Origin: an uncultured Acidobacteriota bacterium
GTDB taxonomy: Bacteria; Acidobacteriota; Vicinamibacteria; Vicinamibacterales; CAVVIG01
Assembly: GCA_963789075.1 (NCBI GenBank)
Contig: CAWBJQ010000014.1
Coordinates: forward strand, 332,632-396,631
Length of the DNA stretch: 64,000 nt
Direction of reading: 5' to 3'
Under the pieces are notes generated by a model. The model searched no databases. It was given only the letters and a program-made list of their open reading frames with translations, and was not told where the DNA came from. Made by a program: the position numbers and the translations under genes. This document shows, one piece after another, positions 25,867 to 35,353 of this stretch (its first letter is position 1; each line of letters starts with the position of its first letter).

Positions 25867-26328
25867 TCAGCCGAGCGCAGCCAGCACGTCGTCAGCGTGG
25901 CCGTTCACCTTCACGTTGTCCCACCGCTTCTTCACCGTGCCGTCGGGTCCGATGAGGAACGTCGTGCGAGCGATGCCCATGAACGTGCGGCCGTACATCG
26001 ACTTCTGCTGCCACACGCCGTACTTCTCCGCAACCGAGTGATCGGCATCGGCGAGCAGCGGAAACGTCAGATCGTGCTTCTGCGCGAACTTGGCCTTGCT
26101 CGCCTCGTCGAGGATGCTGACGCCGAGCACAACCGCTCTGCTCGTCTTGAACGCCGGCAGGTTGTCCTGGAACGCGCACGCTTCGGTCGTGCACCCGGGC
26201 GTGTCGTCCTTCGGATAGAAATACAGCACGACCGTGCGTCCGGCGTAGTCGGCGAGGCGGTGCGTCTTGCCGTGTTGGTCCTTGAGCGCGAAGGCGGGCG
26301 CCTTCTTTCCTGGTTCGATGAGCGCCAT
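25867..26328 (-). CDS. bcp: thioredoxin-dependent thiol peroxidase (peroxiredoxin Bcp)
   Basis: The supporting sequence is MALIEPGKKAPAFALKDQHGKTHRLADYAGRTVVLYFYPKDDTPGCTTEACAFQD...VLGVS.D...KFAQKHDLTFPLLAD. Confidence 0.95.
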   Translation of the reverse strand: MALIEPGKKAPAFALKDQHGKTHRLADYAGRTVVLYFYPKDDTPGCTTEACAFQDNLPAFKTSRAVVLGVSILDEASKAKFAQKHDLTFPLLADADHSVAEKYGVWQQKSMYGRTFMGIARTTFLIGPDGTVKKRWDNVKVNGHADDVLAALG

Positions 26329-26479
26329 CGGTACATTATGCCCGCGTGCGCCGCCGGCTGGCCATCGGGCCGCCTCCCAGGCAAAACGACGGGATCGATG
26401 CAGTTTCCCCAGAGGAAAATGACGTTTTCATGGTACTCTCCCTCGACGCGTTGACTGCGTCTTCCCATAAGGAGACCGA

Positions 26480-26764
26480 ATGGCAAAAAAAGCTGCGAAG
26501 AAGAAGACCGCGCGGAAGCCGAATGCCGCCTTCATGAAGCCCGTTCAGCCGAGCCCGGCGCTGTCTGAAGTCGTTGGCTCGAAGCCGATCCCGCGTACTG
26601 AAGTGACGAAGAAGCTCTGGCTGTACATCAAGAAGAACAAGCTCCAGGATCCGAAGAACAAGCGGATGATCAAGGCCGATCCCACCCTGAAGACCGTGTT
26701 CGGCGGCAAGGGCGTCGTGAACATGTTCGAGATGACCAAGCTGGTGGGAAAGCACCTGAAATAA
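26480..26764 (+). CDS. SWIB/MDM2 domain-containing protein with lysine-rich N-tail
   Basis: ATG 26480 follows AAGGAGA. The supporting sequence is MAKKAAKKKTARKPNAAFMKPVQPSPALSEVVGSKPIPRTEVTKKLWLYIKKNKLQDPKNKRMIKADPTLKTVFG...MFEMTKLVGKHL. Confidence 0.9.
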   Translation: MAKKAAKKKTARKPNAAFMKPVQPSPALSEVVGSKPIPRTEVTKKLWLYIKKNKLQDPKNKRMIKADPTLKTVFGGKGVVNMFEMTKLVGKHLK

Positions 26765-26799
26765 CAGGCTGCGCTGGCACGCCCTCCGTTCGGTCTGCA

Positions 26800-26830
26800 G
26801 ACGACGGCCATCGCGATGGTGGCCGTTGTC
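26800..26830 (+). terminator. strong GC hairpin downstream of the SWIB gene (no U-tract)
   Basis: GACGACGGCCA (26800-26810) pairs with TGGCCGTTGTC (26820-26830). This gives 11 bp with one G-U pair and a 9-nt loop. Confidence 0.35.
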
Positions 26831-26926
26831 ACTCCTTCTCCCCCTCCATGACGATTGCCACCAGGCCAGGCAGTGCGTGTGTACCGCATCGCAGCTCGGC
26901 TAGAATGACCGCCTCAAGGAGGCCTC

Positions 26927-28066
26927 ATGTCCGTCCGTCATATCGTCGCGGCCATCGTCTGCGTGGGACTGGCTGTCCCGTCCGTCACCTCGGCCCAACA
27001 GCACGCGCCAGACGGCGTGACCATCAACGACGAGGGACTGCCGCAGTACTCCACGTTCTCACTCTGCGCGATTGATCCGGCGACCGGCCAGTCGGGCGCG
27101 AGCGTCACCACGCGGGTGCCGTTCGTTGGCCGTGCCGTGCCGCACGTCCGCGCCGGCGTGGGCGCGGTCTGTACTCAGGCCTCCACGATGGTCGAATACG
27201 GCCCCCGCGGTCTGGACCTGCTGGCCAAGGGCGTCGAGCCTCGTGCGGTGCTCACGCAGCTGCTCGCCGATGATCAGCAGCGCGAGTCGCGGCAGGTTGG
27301 CGTGATCGACATGAAAGGCCGCTCCGCGGCCCATACAGGCAAGCAGAACAGCGATTGGGCGGGCAGCCGCCAGGGTCGGAACTACACCGTCCAGGCGAAC
27401 ACGATGGTCGGTCCGGAGGTCGTCGAGGCGGTCGCGACGACGTTCGAGTCGACCGAAGGGACCGGGATGCCGCTGGCGGAGCGGATGATTCTCGCGATGG
27501 AAGCGGGCTACGCGAAAGGCGGCGATCGCCGGTGGGGCAACCTGCAGTCGGCGGCGATCAAGATTGCAGACCCGAACGATCCAGGCCGCGGCGGCGACTA
27601 CATCACGCTCGCGATTGAAGTGGGCGAGCACCCCGAGCCGGTCGCGGAGCTGAAGCGCATCTACTACACGACCGGCCGGCACCTCGGATACCGGAGCTTC
27701 TCGCGCGTCGACGGCAATGATGTCATCGAGTTGAAGCGGATGCTGCACGCCGTCGGGTATTGGCGGCCGGCGCTCGCGGCGTTTCCCGACCCGCCGCCGA
27801 CCACGAATACGCCCGCGGTGCAGCAACTTCGCAAAGCCAACCCCGCGGAATACGAAGCAGCCGTCGCTGCCGCCCGAAAGGCGACGGCCGACTACATGCG
27901 CGACTACGCGCTCTATGACGAGGACACGATGGCCGCCGTCGACAAGTTCCGCGTCGATCATGGCCTGAACTACCAGGGTGACGCGGCTGGACTCGTCGAC
28001 GCGCGGCTCATCGACGCCCTGAAGGCGGCGTATCTCGCGAAGCAGAAAACCGCGCCGAAGCGATGA
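26927..28066 (+). CDS. DUF1028 family protein fused to a C-terminal peptidoglycan-binding-like domain, secreted
   Basis: ATG 26927 follows AAGGAGG. After the signal peptide the DUF1028 core reads STFSLCAIDPATGQSGASVTT...QVGVIDMKGRSAAHTG...VQANTM...MILAMEAGYAKGGDRR. The C-terminal region DTMAAVDKFRVDHGLNYQGDAAGLVDARLIDAL is PG_binding_1-like. Confidence 0.85.
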   Translation: MSVRHIVAAIVCVGLAVPSVTSAQQHAPDGVTINDEGLPQYSTFSLCAIDPATGQSGASVTTRVPFVGRAVPHVRAGVGAVCTQASTMVEYGPRGLDLLAKGVEPRAVLTQLLADDQQRESRQVGVIDMKGRSAAHTGKQNSDWAGSRQGRNYTVQANTMVGPEVVEAVATTFESTEGTGMPLAERMILAMEAGYAKGGDRRWGNLQSAAIKIADPNDPGRGGDYITLAIEVGEHPEPVAELKRIYYTTGRHLGYRSFSRVDGNDVIELKRMLHAVGYWRPALAAFPDPPPTTNTPAVQQLRKANPAEYEAAVAAARKATADYMRDYALYDEDTMAAVDKFRVDHGLNYQGDAAGLVDARLIDALKAAYLAKQKTAPKR

Positions 28067-28226
28067 CCACCCGACGCTAAGGGCCCGCTTCGCTGGCTCT
28101 AAGGCTGAAGCCGAACACCGCTGCGGCCGGATGCGATGCGCGGGAGATTCCAAAGACGCCGGCGCCGGGCCCGGCGCTCTCCGCCCTCGTGATAGCATCC
28201 GGCTTTCCTCTCCCAAGGGTGCCTTC

Positions 28227-30641
28227 ATGACGTCGCGTCGATTTCTTCCTGCGCTGCTGCTGCTGTTTGTCGGCAGCGGCTGCGCGGCACTCATCTACGA
28301 AATTGTCTGGTTCCAGATGCTGGAGCTGGTCATCGGATCATCGGCCATCTCGCTCGGCATTCTGCTGGGCACGTTCATGGGCGGCATGTGCATCGGGAGC
28401 TTGATGCTGCCGCGGGTGATCTCGCCGCGCCGGCATCCGCTGCGCATCTACGCGCAGCTTGAAATCGGCATCGGCGTCATCGGCCTGCTCGTGTTCTTCG
28501 GGATGCCGCTAGTCGGCGGCGTCTACACTGCCTGGGCCGGATCGGGCGTGGCCGGGATCATCCTGCGTGCGGTGGCAGCCGGCGTCTGCCTCCTGCCGCC
28601 CACGCTGCTGATGGGTGCGACGCTGCCGGCCATCTCGCGATGGGTGAAGGCGACGCCGGAAGGCGTGGCATGGCTCGGGTTCTTCTACGGCGGCAACATC
28701 GCCGGCGGCGTGATCGGCAGTCTGCTCGCCGGCTTCTACCTGCTGCGCGTGTTCGACACCGCCACCGCGACGGCGGTCGCAATCGGGGTCAACGTGATCG
28801 TCGCCGGCCTCGCGTTTCTCCTGTCGCAGAAGACGACGTACGAGCCCATTGCGGAGATCGCGGTCAACCTGCCGCCTGCGAAAGGCGACTGGGCAGTGTA
28901 TGTGACGATCGCATTGTCCGGGTTGACGGCGCTCGGCGCGGAAGTGATCTGGACGCGGATCCTGTCGCTGCTGTTCGGCGCCACGGTGTACACGTTCTCG
29001 CAGATCCTGGCCGTGTTCCTGATCGGCTTGGGGATCGGCAGCACGACCGGATCGTTGATCGCGCGCGACACCGCGTCGCCGCGGGTCGCGCTCGGATGGT
29101 GTCAGGTGCTGCTGTGCGCCGCGATGGCATGGGCGGCCTACATGCTCACCGAGTCGCTGCCGTACTGGCCGATCAATCCGTCGATCGCCACCACGCCGTG
29201 GTTCACCTTTCAGCTCGACTTCGTCCGCTGCCTCTGGGTCGTGCTGCCTGGCGCGATCCTCTGGGGCGCGAGCTTTCCGCTTGCGCTTGCCGCGGTCGCT
29301 TCGCCCGATCAGGATGCGGCGAAGATGGCGGGCGGCGTGTACGCGGCCAACACCGTCGGTGCGATTGCCGGCTCCCTCGGCGCCAGCTTCCTGCTCATTC
29401 CCACCATCGGCAGCCAGCACGCGCAGCAGCTCCTGATCGGCATCGCCGCGGTGTCGGGCCTCCTGATGTTGGAGCCGGCCTACGCCGGCAACGGCGCGGG
29501 GCCGCGCCGCTCCACGCTGGCGGCGTCCGCCGTGCTGGTGCTCGCGATGGTGGGCGCCGGCCTTCTGTTACGCAGCGTCCATGCGCTGCCGGGCATTCTC
29601 GTCGCATACGGGCGCTACGCCGCCACACGCGTCGGCCAGGCGGACATCATCTACGTCGGCGAGGGCTTGAACGCGTCGGTGGCCGTGTCACGCCTCAGCA
29701 ACGGCGTGCTCAATTATCACAATGCCGGCAAGGTGCAGGCGTCGAGCGAACCGCAGGACATGCGGCTGCAGCGGATGCTTGGCCACATGACGACGCTGAT
29801 TCCGGCGAATCCGGCATCGGTGCTGGTGATTGGGTGCGGCGCCGGCGTCACAGCGGGCGCGGTGTCGATCGATCCACACGTCGCGCAAGAGACGATCGCC
29901 GAGATCGAGCCGCTCGTCCCACGGGTCGTCTCCACTTATTTCGCCGAGCACAACTTCGACGTCGTGCGCAACGCGAAGGTGCACGTGCAGATCGACGACG
30001 CGCGGCATTTCGTGTTGACGACGAAGCAGAAGTTCGACGCGGTGACGTCGGATCCGCTCGACCCGTGGGTCAAGGGGGCGGCGATGCTCTACACCGCCGA
30101 GTTCTTCGCGCTGGTCAAACAGCATCTGAATCCCGGCGGCGTCGTCACGCTGTTCGTGCAGCTGTATGAGAGCAATACCGAAGCGGTCAAGAGTGAGATC
30201 GCGACGTTTCTCGAGGCCTTTCCGAACGGGCTCGTGTTCGGCAACACCCAGGAAGGCCGCGGCTACGATCTCGTGCTGGTCGGGCAGGCGGAGCCGACGC
30301 ATATCGATCTCGATGCGATCGAGCAGCGCCTGCATCGCCCCGAATACGCGGCGGTGTCGCGATCGCTGGCGGAGGTCGGCATGAATTCCGCGGTGGATCT
30401 GTTCTCGACGTATGCGGGGAACAAGACCGATTTCACGCCGTGGCTGAAAGACGCGCAGATCAACCGAGACCGGAGCCTGCGCCTGCAGTATCTCGCCGGC
30501 ATGAGCCTGAATCAGTACAGCGCCGATGTGATCTATGCGGACATGCTGACGTACAGCCGCCTGCCGAACAATCTGTTCAGCGGGTCGGAGGCGTCGAAGC
30601 GGGCCGTGCTCGACGCCATCAGCCGTGCGCAGGGACGTTAG
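28227..30641 (+). CDS. fused membrane (MFS-like) / spermidine synthase-family protein
   Basis: ATG 28227 lies in ORF 28131..30641. The N-terminal half has about 12 TM helices (LIYEIVWFQMLELVIGSS...). The C-terminal half is an aminopropyltransferase fold: VLVIGCGAGVTAGAV...TIAEIEPLV...IDDARHFV...DAVTSDPLDPWVKGAAMLYTAEFF...LNPGGVV. Confidence 0.9.
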   Translation: MTSRRFLPALLLLFVGSGCAALIYEIVWFQMLELVIGSSAISLGILLGTFMGGMCIGSLMLPRVISPRRHPLRIYAQLEIGIGVIGLLVFFGMPLVGGVYTAWAGSGVAGIILRAVAAGVCLLPPTLLMGATLPAISRWVKATPEGVAWLGFFYGGNIAGGVIGSLLAGFYLLRVFDTATATAVAIGVNVIVAGLAFLLSQKTTYEPIAEIAVNLPPAKGDWAVYVTIALSGLTALGAEVIWTRILSLLFGATVYTFSQILAVFLIGLGIGSTTGSLIARDTASPRVALGWCQVLLCAAMAWAAYMLTESLPYWPINPSIATTPWFTFQLDFVRCLWVVLPGAILWGASFPLALAAVASPDQDAAKMAGGVYAANTVGAIAGSLGASFLLIPTIGSQHAQQLLIGIAAVSGLLMLEPAYAGNGAGPRRSTLAASAVLVLAMVGAGLLLRSVHALPGILVAYGRYAATRVGQADIIYVGEGLNASVAVSRLSNGVLNYHNAGKVQASSEPQDMRLQRMLGHMTTLIPANPASVLVIGCGAGVTAGAVSIDPHVAQETIAEIEPLVPRVVSTYFAEHNFDVVRNAKVHVQIDDARHFVLTTKQKFDAVTSDPLDPWVKGAAMLYTAEFFALVKQHLNPGGVVTLFVQLYESNTEAVKSEIATFLEAFPNGLVFGNTQEGRGYDLVLVGQAEPTHIDLDAIEQRLHRPEYAAVSRSLAEVGMNSAVDLFSTYAGNKTDFTPWLKDAQINRDRSLRLQYLAGMSLNQYSADVIYADMLTYSRLPNNLFSGSEASKRAVLDAISRAQGR

Positions 30642-30645
30642 TTCC

Positions 30646-30698
30646 GGGATTCGGGATTTGGGATTTGGGATTCGTTCTGGGATTTGGGTTCGGGATTC
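30646..30698 (+). repeat. tandem heptamer (GGGATTY)x7, one unit degenerate
   Basis: The units are GGGATTC, GGGATTT, GGGATTT, GGGATTC, (GTTCT), GGGATTT, GGGTTC, GGGATTC. They start 5 nt after the TAG stop (30639-30641) and end 26 nt before the next ATG. Confidence 0.85.
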
Positions 30699-30723
30699 GC
30701 CATTGACAGAAGGAGCCGACGAC

Positions 30724-33441
30724 ATGAGCCATCGCTTGCTGCGCGTGCTGGGAATTGGCGCGGCCGTTGTGATCGCGGGCGCCGCGCTGGCGCTGCCACT
30801 GATCGCCCAGCAAACCGTCACGGCCGAACTCTACTCGGGCCTCCACTGGCGGATGATCGGTCCGTTCCGCGGCGGCCGCGTGGACGCGGTGACCGGCGTC
30901 CCCGGACGGCCGTTTGAGTTCTATTTCGGCGCCGTGAACGGCGGCGTCTGGAAGACGGTGAACGCCGGCCGTACGTGGATGCCTGTGTTCGACGGCCAGC
31001 CGGTGGCCTCGATCGGCGCCATCGCCGTGGCGCCGTCCAATCCGGATGTCGTCTACGTCGGCAGCGGCGAATCGTCGCTGCGCGATTCGGTCGGCTTCGG
31101 CGACGGGATGTACAAGTCGACCGACGCCGGCAAAACGTGGAAGCACATCGGTCTCGCCGACTCGCAGCACATCGGCAAGGTCGCCGTCGATCCGCGCAAT
31201 CCGAATGTCGTCTTCGCCGCCGTCATCGGCCACTACTACGGCCCCCACGCCGACCGCGGCATCTATCGATCGAAGGATGGCGGCGCCACGTGGCAGAAGG
31301 TGCTCTACAAGAACGACAGCGTCGGCGCGATCGACGTCGCGATCGATCAGGCGAATCCTCAGGTCGTCTACGCCAGCCTGTGGAACACTCGTCGTCCGCC
31401 GTGGTACGTCTACGCGCCGTCGAACGGGCCGGGCGGCGGGATCTTCAAGTCGATCGACGGCGGCACCACCTGGAATCAGCTGACGAAGGGGCTGCCGGCG
31501 GAAGGCGTCGGGCGCAGCGGAATCGCCATCGCACCGAGCAACCCGAAGATCGTCTACGCCGTGATAGATGCGAAGGAAGGCGGGCTGTTCCGATCGAACG
31601 ACGCCGGCGCGACGTGGACCAAGACGACGGGCGACGAGCGCGTGTGGGGACGCGGCTGGTATTTCGAGAAGGTCGGCGTCGATCCCAAGAACCCTGACGT
31701 GGTGTACGTGCCGAACGTCGGCATTCAGCGATCGCTCGACGGCGGCAAGACGTTCAGCACGTGGGCGATGCGCGGCTCGCCGGGCGGCGACGATTATCAA
31801 GGCGTCTGGATCAGCCCCACCGATCCCAACGTCGTCTTTGCGGCGAGCGATCAGGGCGCGATCATCACGATGAATGCGTCGGCGGAGACGCCCTCGTGGA
31901 GCTCGTGGCTGAATCAGCCGACGGCGCAGATTTATCACGTCTCGTCCGATTACCGATTTCCGTTCTGGGTGACCGGCGCGCAGCAGGACAGCGGCGCCGT
32001 CGCGGTGCGGACGCGCGGCAAGTTCGGCGAGATCTCGACCCGCGACTGGGAGCCGATCTGCACCGGTGGCGAGAGCGGCACGACCGCCGCCGATCCGCTG
32101 CACCCGGGCATCCTGTACGGCGGCACCGTGTCGCGCTGCAATCTCGATCTCAACGGCAACACGGTCAATCTGGCGCCGCCGGCCGGACCGGAAGCGGCGC
32201 GGCAGGACTGGACGCAGCCGCTCGTGTTTTCGAAGGCGGATCCGCGCGTGCTTTTCTTCGCCAATCAGTATCTGTACCGCATGACGACCGGCGGCACCGA
32301 GTGGACGCGCATCAGCGACGACCTCACGCGTCCCGATCCGGGCATTCCGTCGAACCTCGATCCTGCAGCGGCCGCGCTCACGGATCGCAACGGCAAACGC
32401 GGCGTGATCTACACAATCGCGCCGTCGCCGCTCCTTGTGCCGATGGTTTGGGTCGGCACGGATGATGGATTGATCCAGCTGACGACGAACGATGGCAAGA
32501 AGTGGCAGAACGTGACGCCGCCCGCGCTGACGCCGTGGAGCCGCGTGACGACGGTTGAGGCGTCACACGTGAACGTCAACGAGGCGTACGCATCGGTGGA
32601 CCGGCATCAGCTCGAAGACTTCAATCCGTACATCTACCGCACGCGCGATGCGGGCAAGACGTGGCAGCCGATTGTCAACGGCTTGCCGGCCGGCGTCTAC
32701 GTCCACGCCGTGAAGGAAGATCCGCGCAGGCCCGGGCTGCTGTTCGCCGGCACGGAGCGCGGCGTCTACATTTCGTTCGACGATGGCGACGCGTGGCAGT
32801 CGCTGCAGCTGAACATGCCGGTGACGTCGGTGCGGGATCTCGAGGTCCATGGCGACGACCTCGTCGCCGCCACGCACGGCCGCGGGTTCTGGCTGATCGA
32901 CGGCATCGCGGCGCTGCGCCAAGCGGACAGCAGCATCGCGGGCGCCGACGCATATCTGTTCAAGCCGGGAGACGCGATCGATGTGATCGCCGGCGGCGAC
33001 AACGGCACGCCGCTGCAGAAGGACGAGCCGCAGGCAGAGAACGCGCCGGCTGGCGCCTACTTTGACTACTACCTGAAGACGGCGGCGTCCGGGCCGGTGA
33101 CGATCGAGATTCTCGATGCCACGGGGCAGTCTGTGCGCCATTATTCCAGCGCCGATCCGCCGGCCGCGGCGCCCACGCCGCAGACGGTGACCGTTCTCTG
33201 GGAGCGCGTGCAGACGCCGCCATCAGCGGCGGCCGGCATGCACCGATTCGTGTGGGACCTGCGCCACACGCCCCCGGAGGGTGGCCGCGGTCGCGGTGGG
33301 CGCGGTGGTGGCGGCGGTGGGTTCGGCCGCGGCGGCGGCGGGGCGCCCGCCGCTCCGGGCAGCTACATGGTGAAGCTCACCGTGAACGGCAAGAGCTACA
33401 CGCAGCCGTTGACGGTCCGGTCCGATCCGCGCGTAAGATAA
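30724..33441 (+). CDS. sortilin/VPS10-type BNR (Asp-box) repeat beta-propeller protein, secreted (paralogue 2, short form)
   Basis: ATG 30724 follows AAGGAG. The signal peptide is MSHRLLRVLGIGAAVVIAGAALALPLIAQQ. Asp-boxes include STDAGKTW, SKDGGATW, SIDGGTTW, SNDAGATW, SLDGGKTF, TNDGKKW and TRDAGKTW. An RG-rich stretch GGRGRGGRGGGGGGFGRGGGG lies near the C-terminus. Confidence 0.9.
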   Translation: MSHRLLRVLGIGAAVVIAGAALALPLIAQQTVTAELYSGLHWRMIGPFRGGRVDAVTGVPGRPFEFYFGAVNGGVWKTVNAGRTWMPVFDGQPVASIGAIAVAPSNPDVVYVGSGESSLRDSVGFGDGMYKSTDAGKTWKHIGLADSQHIGKVAVDPRNPNVVFAAVIGHYYGPHADRGIYRSKDGGATWQKVLYKNDSVGAIDVAIDQANPQVVYASLWNTRRPPWYVYAPSNGPGGGIFKSIDGGTTWNQLTKGLPAEGVGRSGIAIAPSNPKIVYAVIDAKEGGLFRSNDAGATWTKTTGDERVWGRGWYFEKVGVDPKNPDVVYVPNVGIQRSLDGGKTFSTWAMRGSPGGDDYQGVWISPTDPNVVFAASDQGAIITMNASAETPSWSSWLNQPTAQIYHVSSDYRFPFWVTGAQQDSGAVAVRTRGKFGEISTRDWEPICTGGESGTTAADPLHPGILYGGTVSRCNLDLNGNTVNLAPPAGPEAARQDWTQPLVFSKADPRVLFFANQYLYRMTTGGTEWTRISDDLTRPDPGIPSNLDPAAAALTDRNGKRGVIYTIAPSPLLVPMVWVGTDDGLIQLTTNDGKKWQNVTPPALTPWSRVTTVEASHVNVNEAYASVDRHQLEDFNPYIYRTRDAGKTWQPIVNGLPAGVYVHAVKEDPRRPGLLFAGTERGVYISFDDGDAWQSLQLNMPVTSVRDLEVHGDDLVAATHGRGFWLIDGIAALRQADSSIAGADAYLFKPGDAIDVIAGGDNGTPLQKDEPQAENAPAGAYFDYYLKTAASGPVTIEILDATGQSVRHYSSADPPAAAPTPQTVTVLWERVQTPPSAAAGMHRFVWDLRHTPPEGGRGRGGRGGGGGGFGRGGGGAPAAPGSYMVKLTVNGKSYTQPLTVRSDPRVR

Positions 33442-33520
33442 CGACGACCCACCTCGAACGCGACGGCAGCACTGGAGATCACGGCTCCGCAACGATCAGT
33501 CAATGAGGCTGGAGGCAGCG

Positions 33521-35284
33521 ATGGCGAAGAACGCGTGCATCGTCGTAGCGGCGATCGTCATGTCCGTCGTGTACCTTCCGGCTCAGACGACCAGTTGGCG
33601 GCCGACGATTGTGGCGCAGCACGGCATGGTGGCGGCCGGTCATCCGCTTGCGGCAGAAGCCGGCATGCGCGTCCTCAAAGCGGGCGGCAACGCGATCGAT
33701 GCTGCGATGGCCACATGGGCGGTGCAGGGCCAGGTCGAGCCGGGGATGACTGGGCTCGGCGCCGACATGTTCATCCTGTTTTACGACGCGAAGACGCACG
33801 AGGTGCACTTCATCAACGGCACCGGCTTCGCGCCCCACGCGGCGACAATCGATCTATACAAGGGCCGCGGAGGCATACCGGACGATGGGCCGCTGACGAT
33901 CTCGGTGCCCGGCGCCGTCGGCGGCGCCGCGTTTGCCATCCAGAAGTACGGGACGAAATCGCTGGCTGAGGTGTTCGCGCCCGCCATCGAGATCGCCGAG
34001 CAGGGATTCCCGATCACCGAAGGTCTTGCCGTCGGGCTCGCCGGCAGCCGCGAGAAGCTCGCTAAGTTCCCGTCGACGACCAAAATCTGGTTCAAGGACG
34101 GCAAGCCGCTCGAGATGGGCGACATACTCGTCAACAAGGATCTTGCGCGCACCTTGCGAACGATCGCTTCGCAGGGGGCGGAGCCCTTTTACCGCGGCGA
34201 CATCGCGAAGAACACGGCGGCATTCCTGAAGGCGAATGGCGGCCTCATCACCGAGGCCGACCTGGCCAGCTACCAGGCGTTCGAGGATCCGCCGATCCGC
34301 ACGAACTACCGAGGCATCGACGTCTACGAATGCCCGCCCAATTCACAAGGGTTCGTGATGCTCGAAGCGCTCAACATCCTCGAAGGATTTGACCTGCACG
34401 GGATGGGGCACAACAGCGCACCCTACTTGCACGCGGTCACCGAAGCACTGAAGCTGTCGTTCGCCGATCGCAACAAGTACGTCGGCGATCCGAAGTTCGT
34501 GCCCAACATTCCTATGCGCGCGCTGCTGTCGAAGGAATATGCCACCTCGCGCCGCGCGCTGATCGATCCGAACCGGGCGATTGTCGGCGAGCCGTCGCCG
34601 GGCGATCCGTCGCGCTTCTCGACGTCGACCGCCGGGATGGTGTACGCGGATCCGCAGCCGTCGCCGACGACGGTGGCGCCGTTCGATCCCGACAAGGTGC
34701 TGAACCTCACGACGTATCTCGCCGTCGTGGACAAGGACCACAACATGGTGTCCGTGACGTCAAGCCTGCTGAGCGGGTTTGGCAGCGGCATGGTGGTCGA
34801 TGGCGGAGGGTTCTTCCTCAACGACCGCATGAAGTACTTCTATCTCGACCCGAGCGACGTCAACGCGCTGCAGCCGGGCAAACGGGTCCGCCAGACGATC
34901 AATCCCGCGCTCGCGCTGAAGGACGGCAAGCCGTTCCTGGTGTTCGGCACCCCGGGCTCTGACACCCAGCCGCAGACGCAGCTTCAATTCTTTCTGAACA
35001 TCGTCGAGTTCGGGATGACGGTGCAGCAGGCGCTCGAAGAACCGGCCGTCATCAGCAACAGCTTCCGCGACTCGTATTATCCGCATGCGGTGCTGGGCAA
35101 ACTGCTCACGCCGGCCTTGCTCGCGCAAAGCGTGCGCGACGCGCTCGCAGCGAAGGGGCACCAGCTGGATGTGCGCAACGTGCGCGGCGTCGGGTCGGTG
35201 AAGGGCATCATGATTCATCCGCGGAGCGGTGCGCTGATGGGTGGCGTCAGTCCGACCGGCGACAGCTACGTCATGGCCTGGTGA
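33521..35284 (+). CDS. ggt: gamma-glutamyltransferase
   Basis: ATG 33521 follows GGAGG; the track start 33503 is also ATG. The supporting sequence is HGMVAAGHPLAAEAGMRVLKAGGNAIDAA...GLGADMF...ISVPGAVGG...FYRGDIA...NLTTYLAVVDKDHNMVSVTSSLLSGFGSG...GFFLNDRM, which includes the autoprocessing Thr. Confidence 0.9.
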   Translation: MAKNACIVVAAIVMSVVYLPAQTTSWRPTIVAQHGMVAAGHPLAAEAGMRVLKAGGNAIDAAMATWAVQGQVEPGMTGLGADMFILFYDAKTHEVHFINGTGFAPHAATIDLYKGRGGIPDDGPLTISVPGAVGGAAFAIQKYGTKSLAEVFAPAIEIAEQGFPITEGLAVGLAGSREKLAKFPSTTKIWFKDGKPLEMGDILVNKDLARTLRTIASQGAEPFYRGDIAKNTAAFLKANGGLITEADLASYQAFEDPPIRTNYRGIDVYECPPNSQGFVMLEALNILEGFDLHGMGHNSAPYLHAVTEALKLSFADRNKYVGDPKFVPNIPMRALLSKEYATSRRALIDPNRAIVGEPSPGDPSRFSTSTAGMVYADPQPSPTTVAPFDPDKVLNLTTYLAVVDKDHNMVSVTSSLLSGFGSGMVVDGGGFFLNDRMKYFYLDPSDVNALQPGKRVRQTINPALALKDGKPFLVFGTPGSDTQPQTQLQFFLNIVEFGMTVQQALEEPAVISNSFRDSYYPHAVLGKLLTPALLAQSVRDALAAKGHQLDVRNVRGVGSVKGIMIHPRSGALMGGVSPTGDSYVMAW

Positions 35285-35289
35285 AGGTG

Positions 35290-35308
35290 CCGGGTCCCAA
35301 AGACCCGG
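35290..35308 (+). repeat. CCGGGTC-loop-GACCCGG hairpin (family member)
   Basis: The 7-bp stem spans 35290-35296 and 35302-35308 with the loop CCAAA. It lies 6 nt after the ggt stop. Confidence 0.5.
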
Positions 35309-35353
35309 GCTATACCCAAAATGAAAATCCCGGCATCTGTTACGATCCGCCGC

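Noticed and set aside
28162-28177. A perfect 16-bp GC palindrome, GCGCCGGGCCCGGCGC, 50 nt upstream of the spermidine-synthase fusion gene, as a possible operator.
   Set aside because: It is all-GC in a 68% GC genome. About one or a few such palindromes are expected by chance in 64 kb, and there is no second half-site or repeat.
30703-30708. A consensus TTGACA just after the GGGATTY array as a -35 box for the sortilin gene.
   Set aside because: It lies only 15 nt upstream of the ATG that begins a clear signal peptide. A promoter here would start transcription inside the gene.
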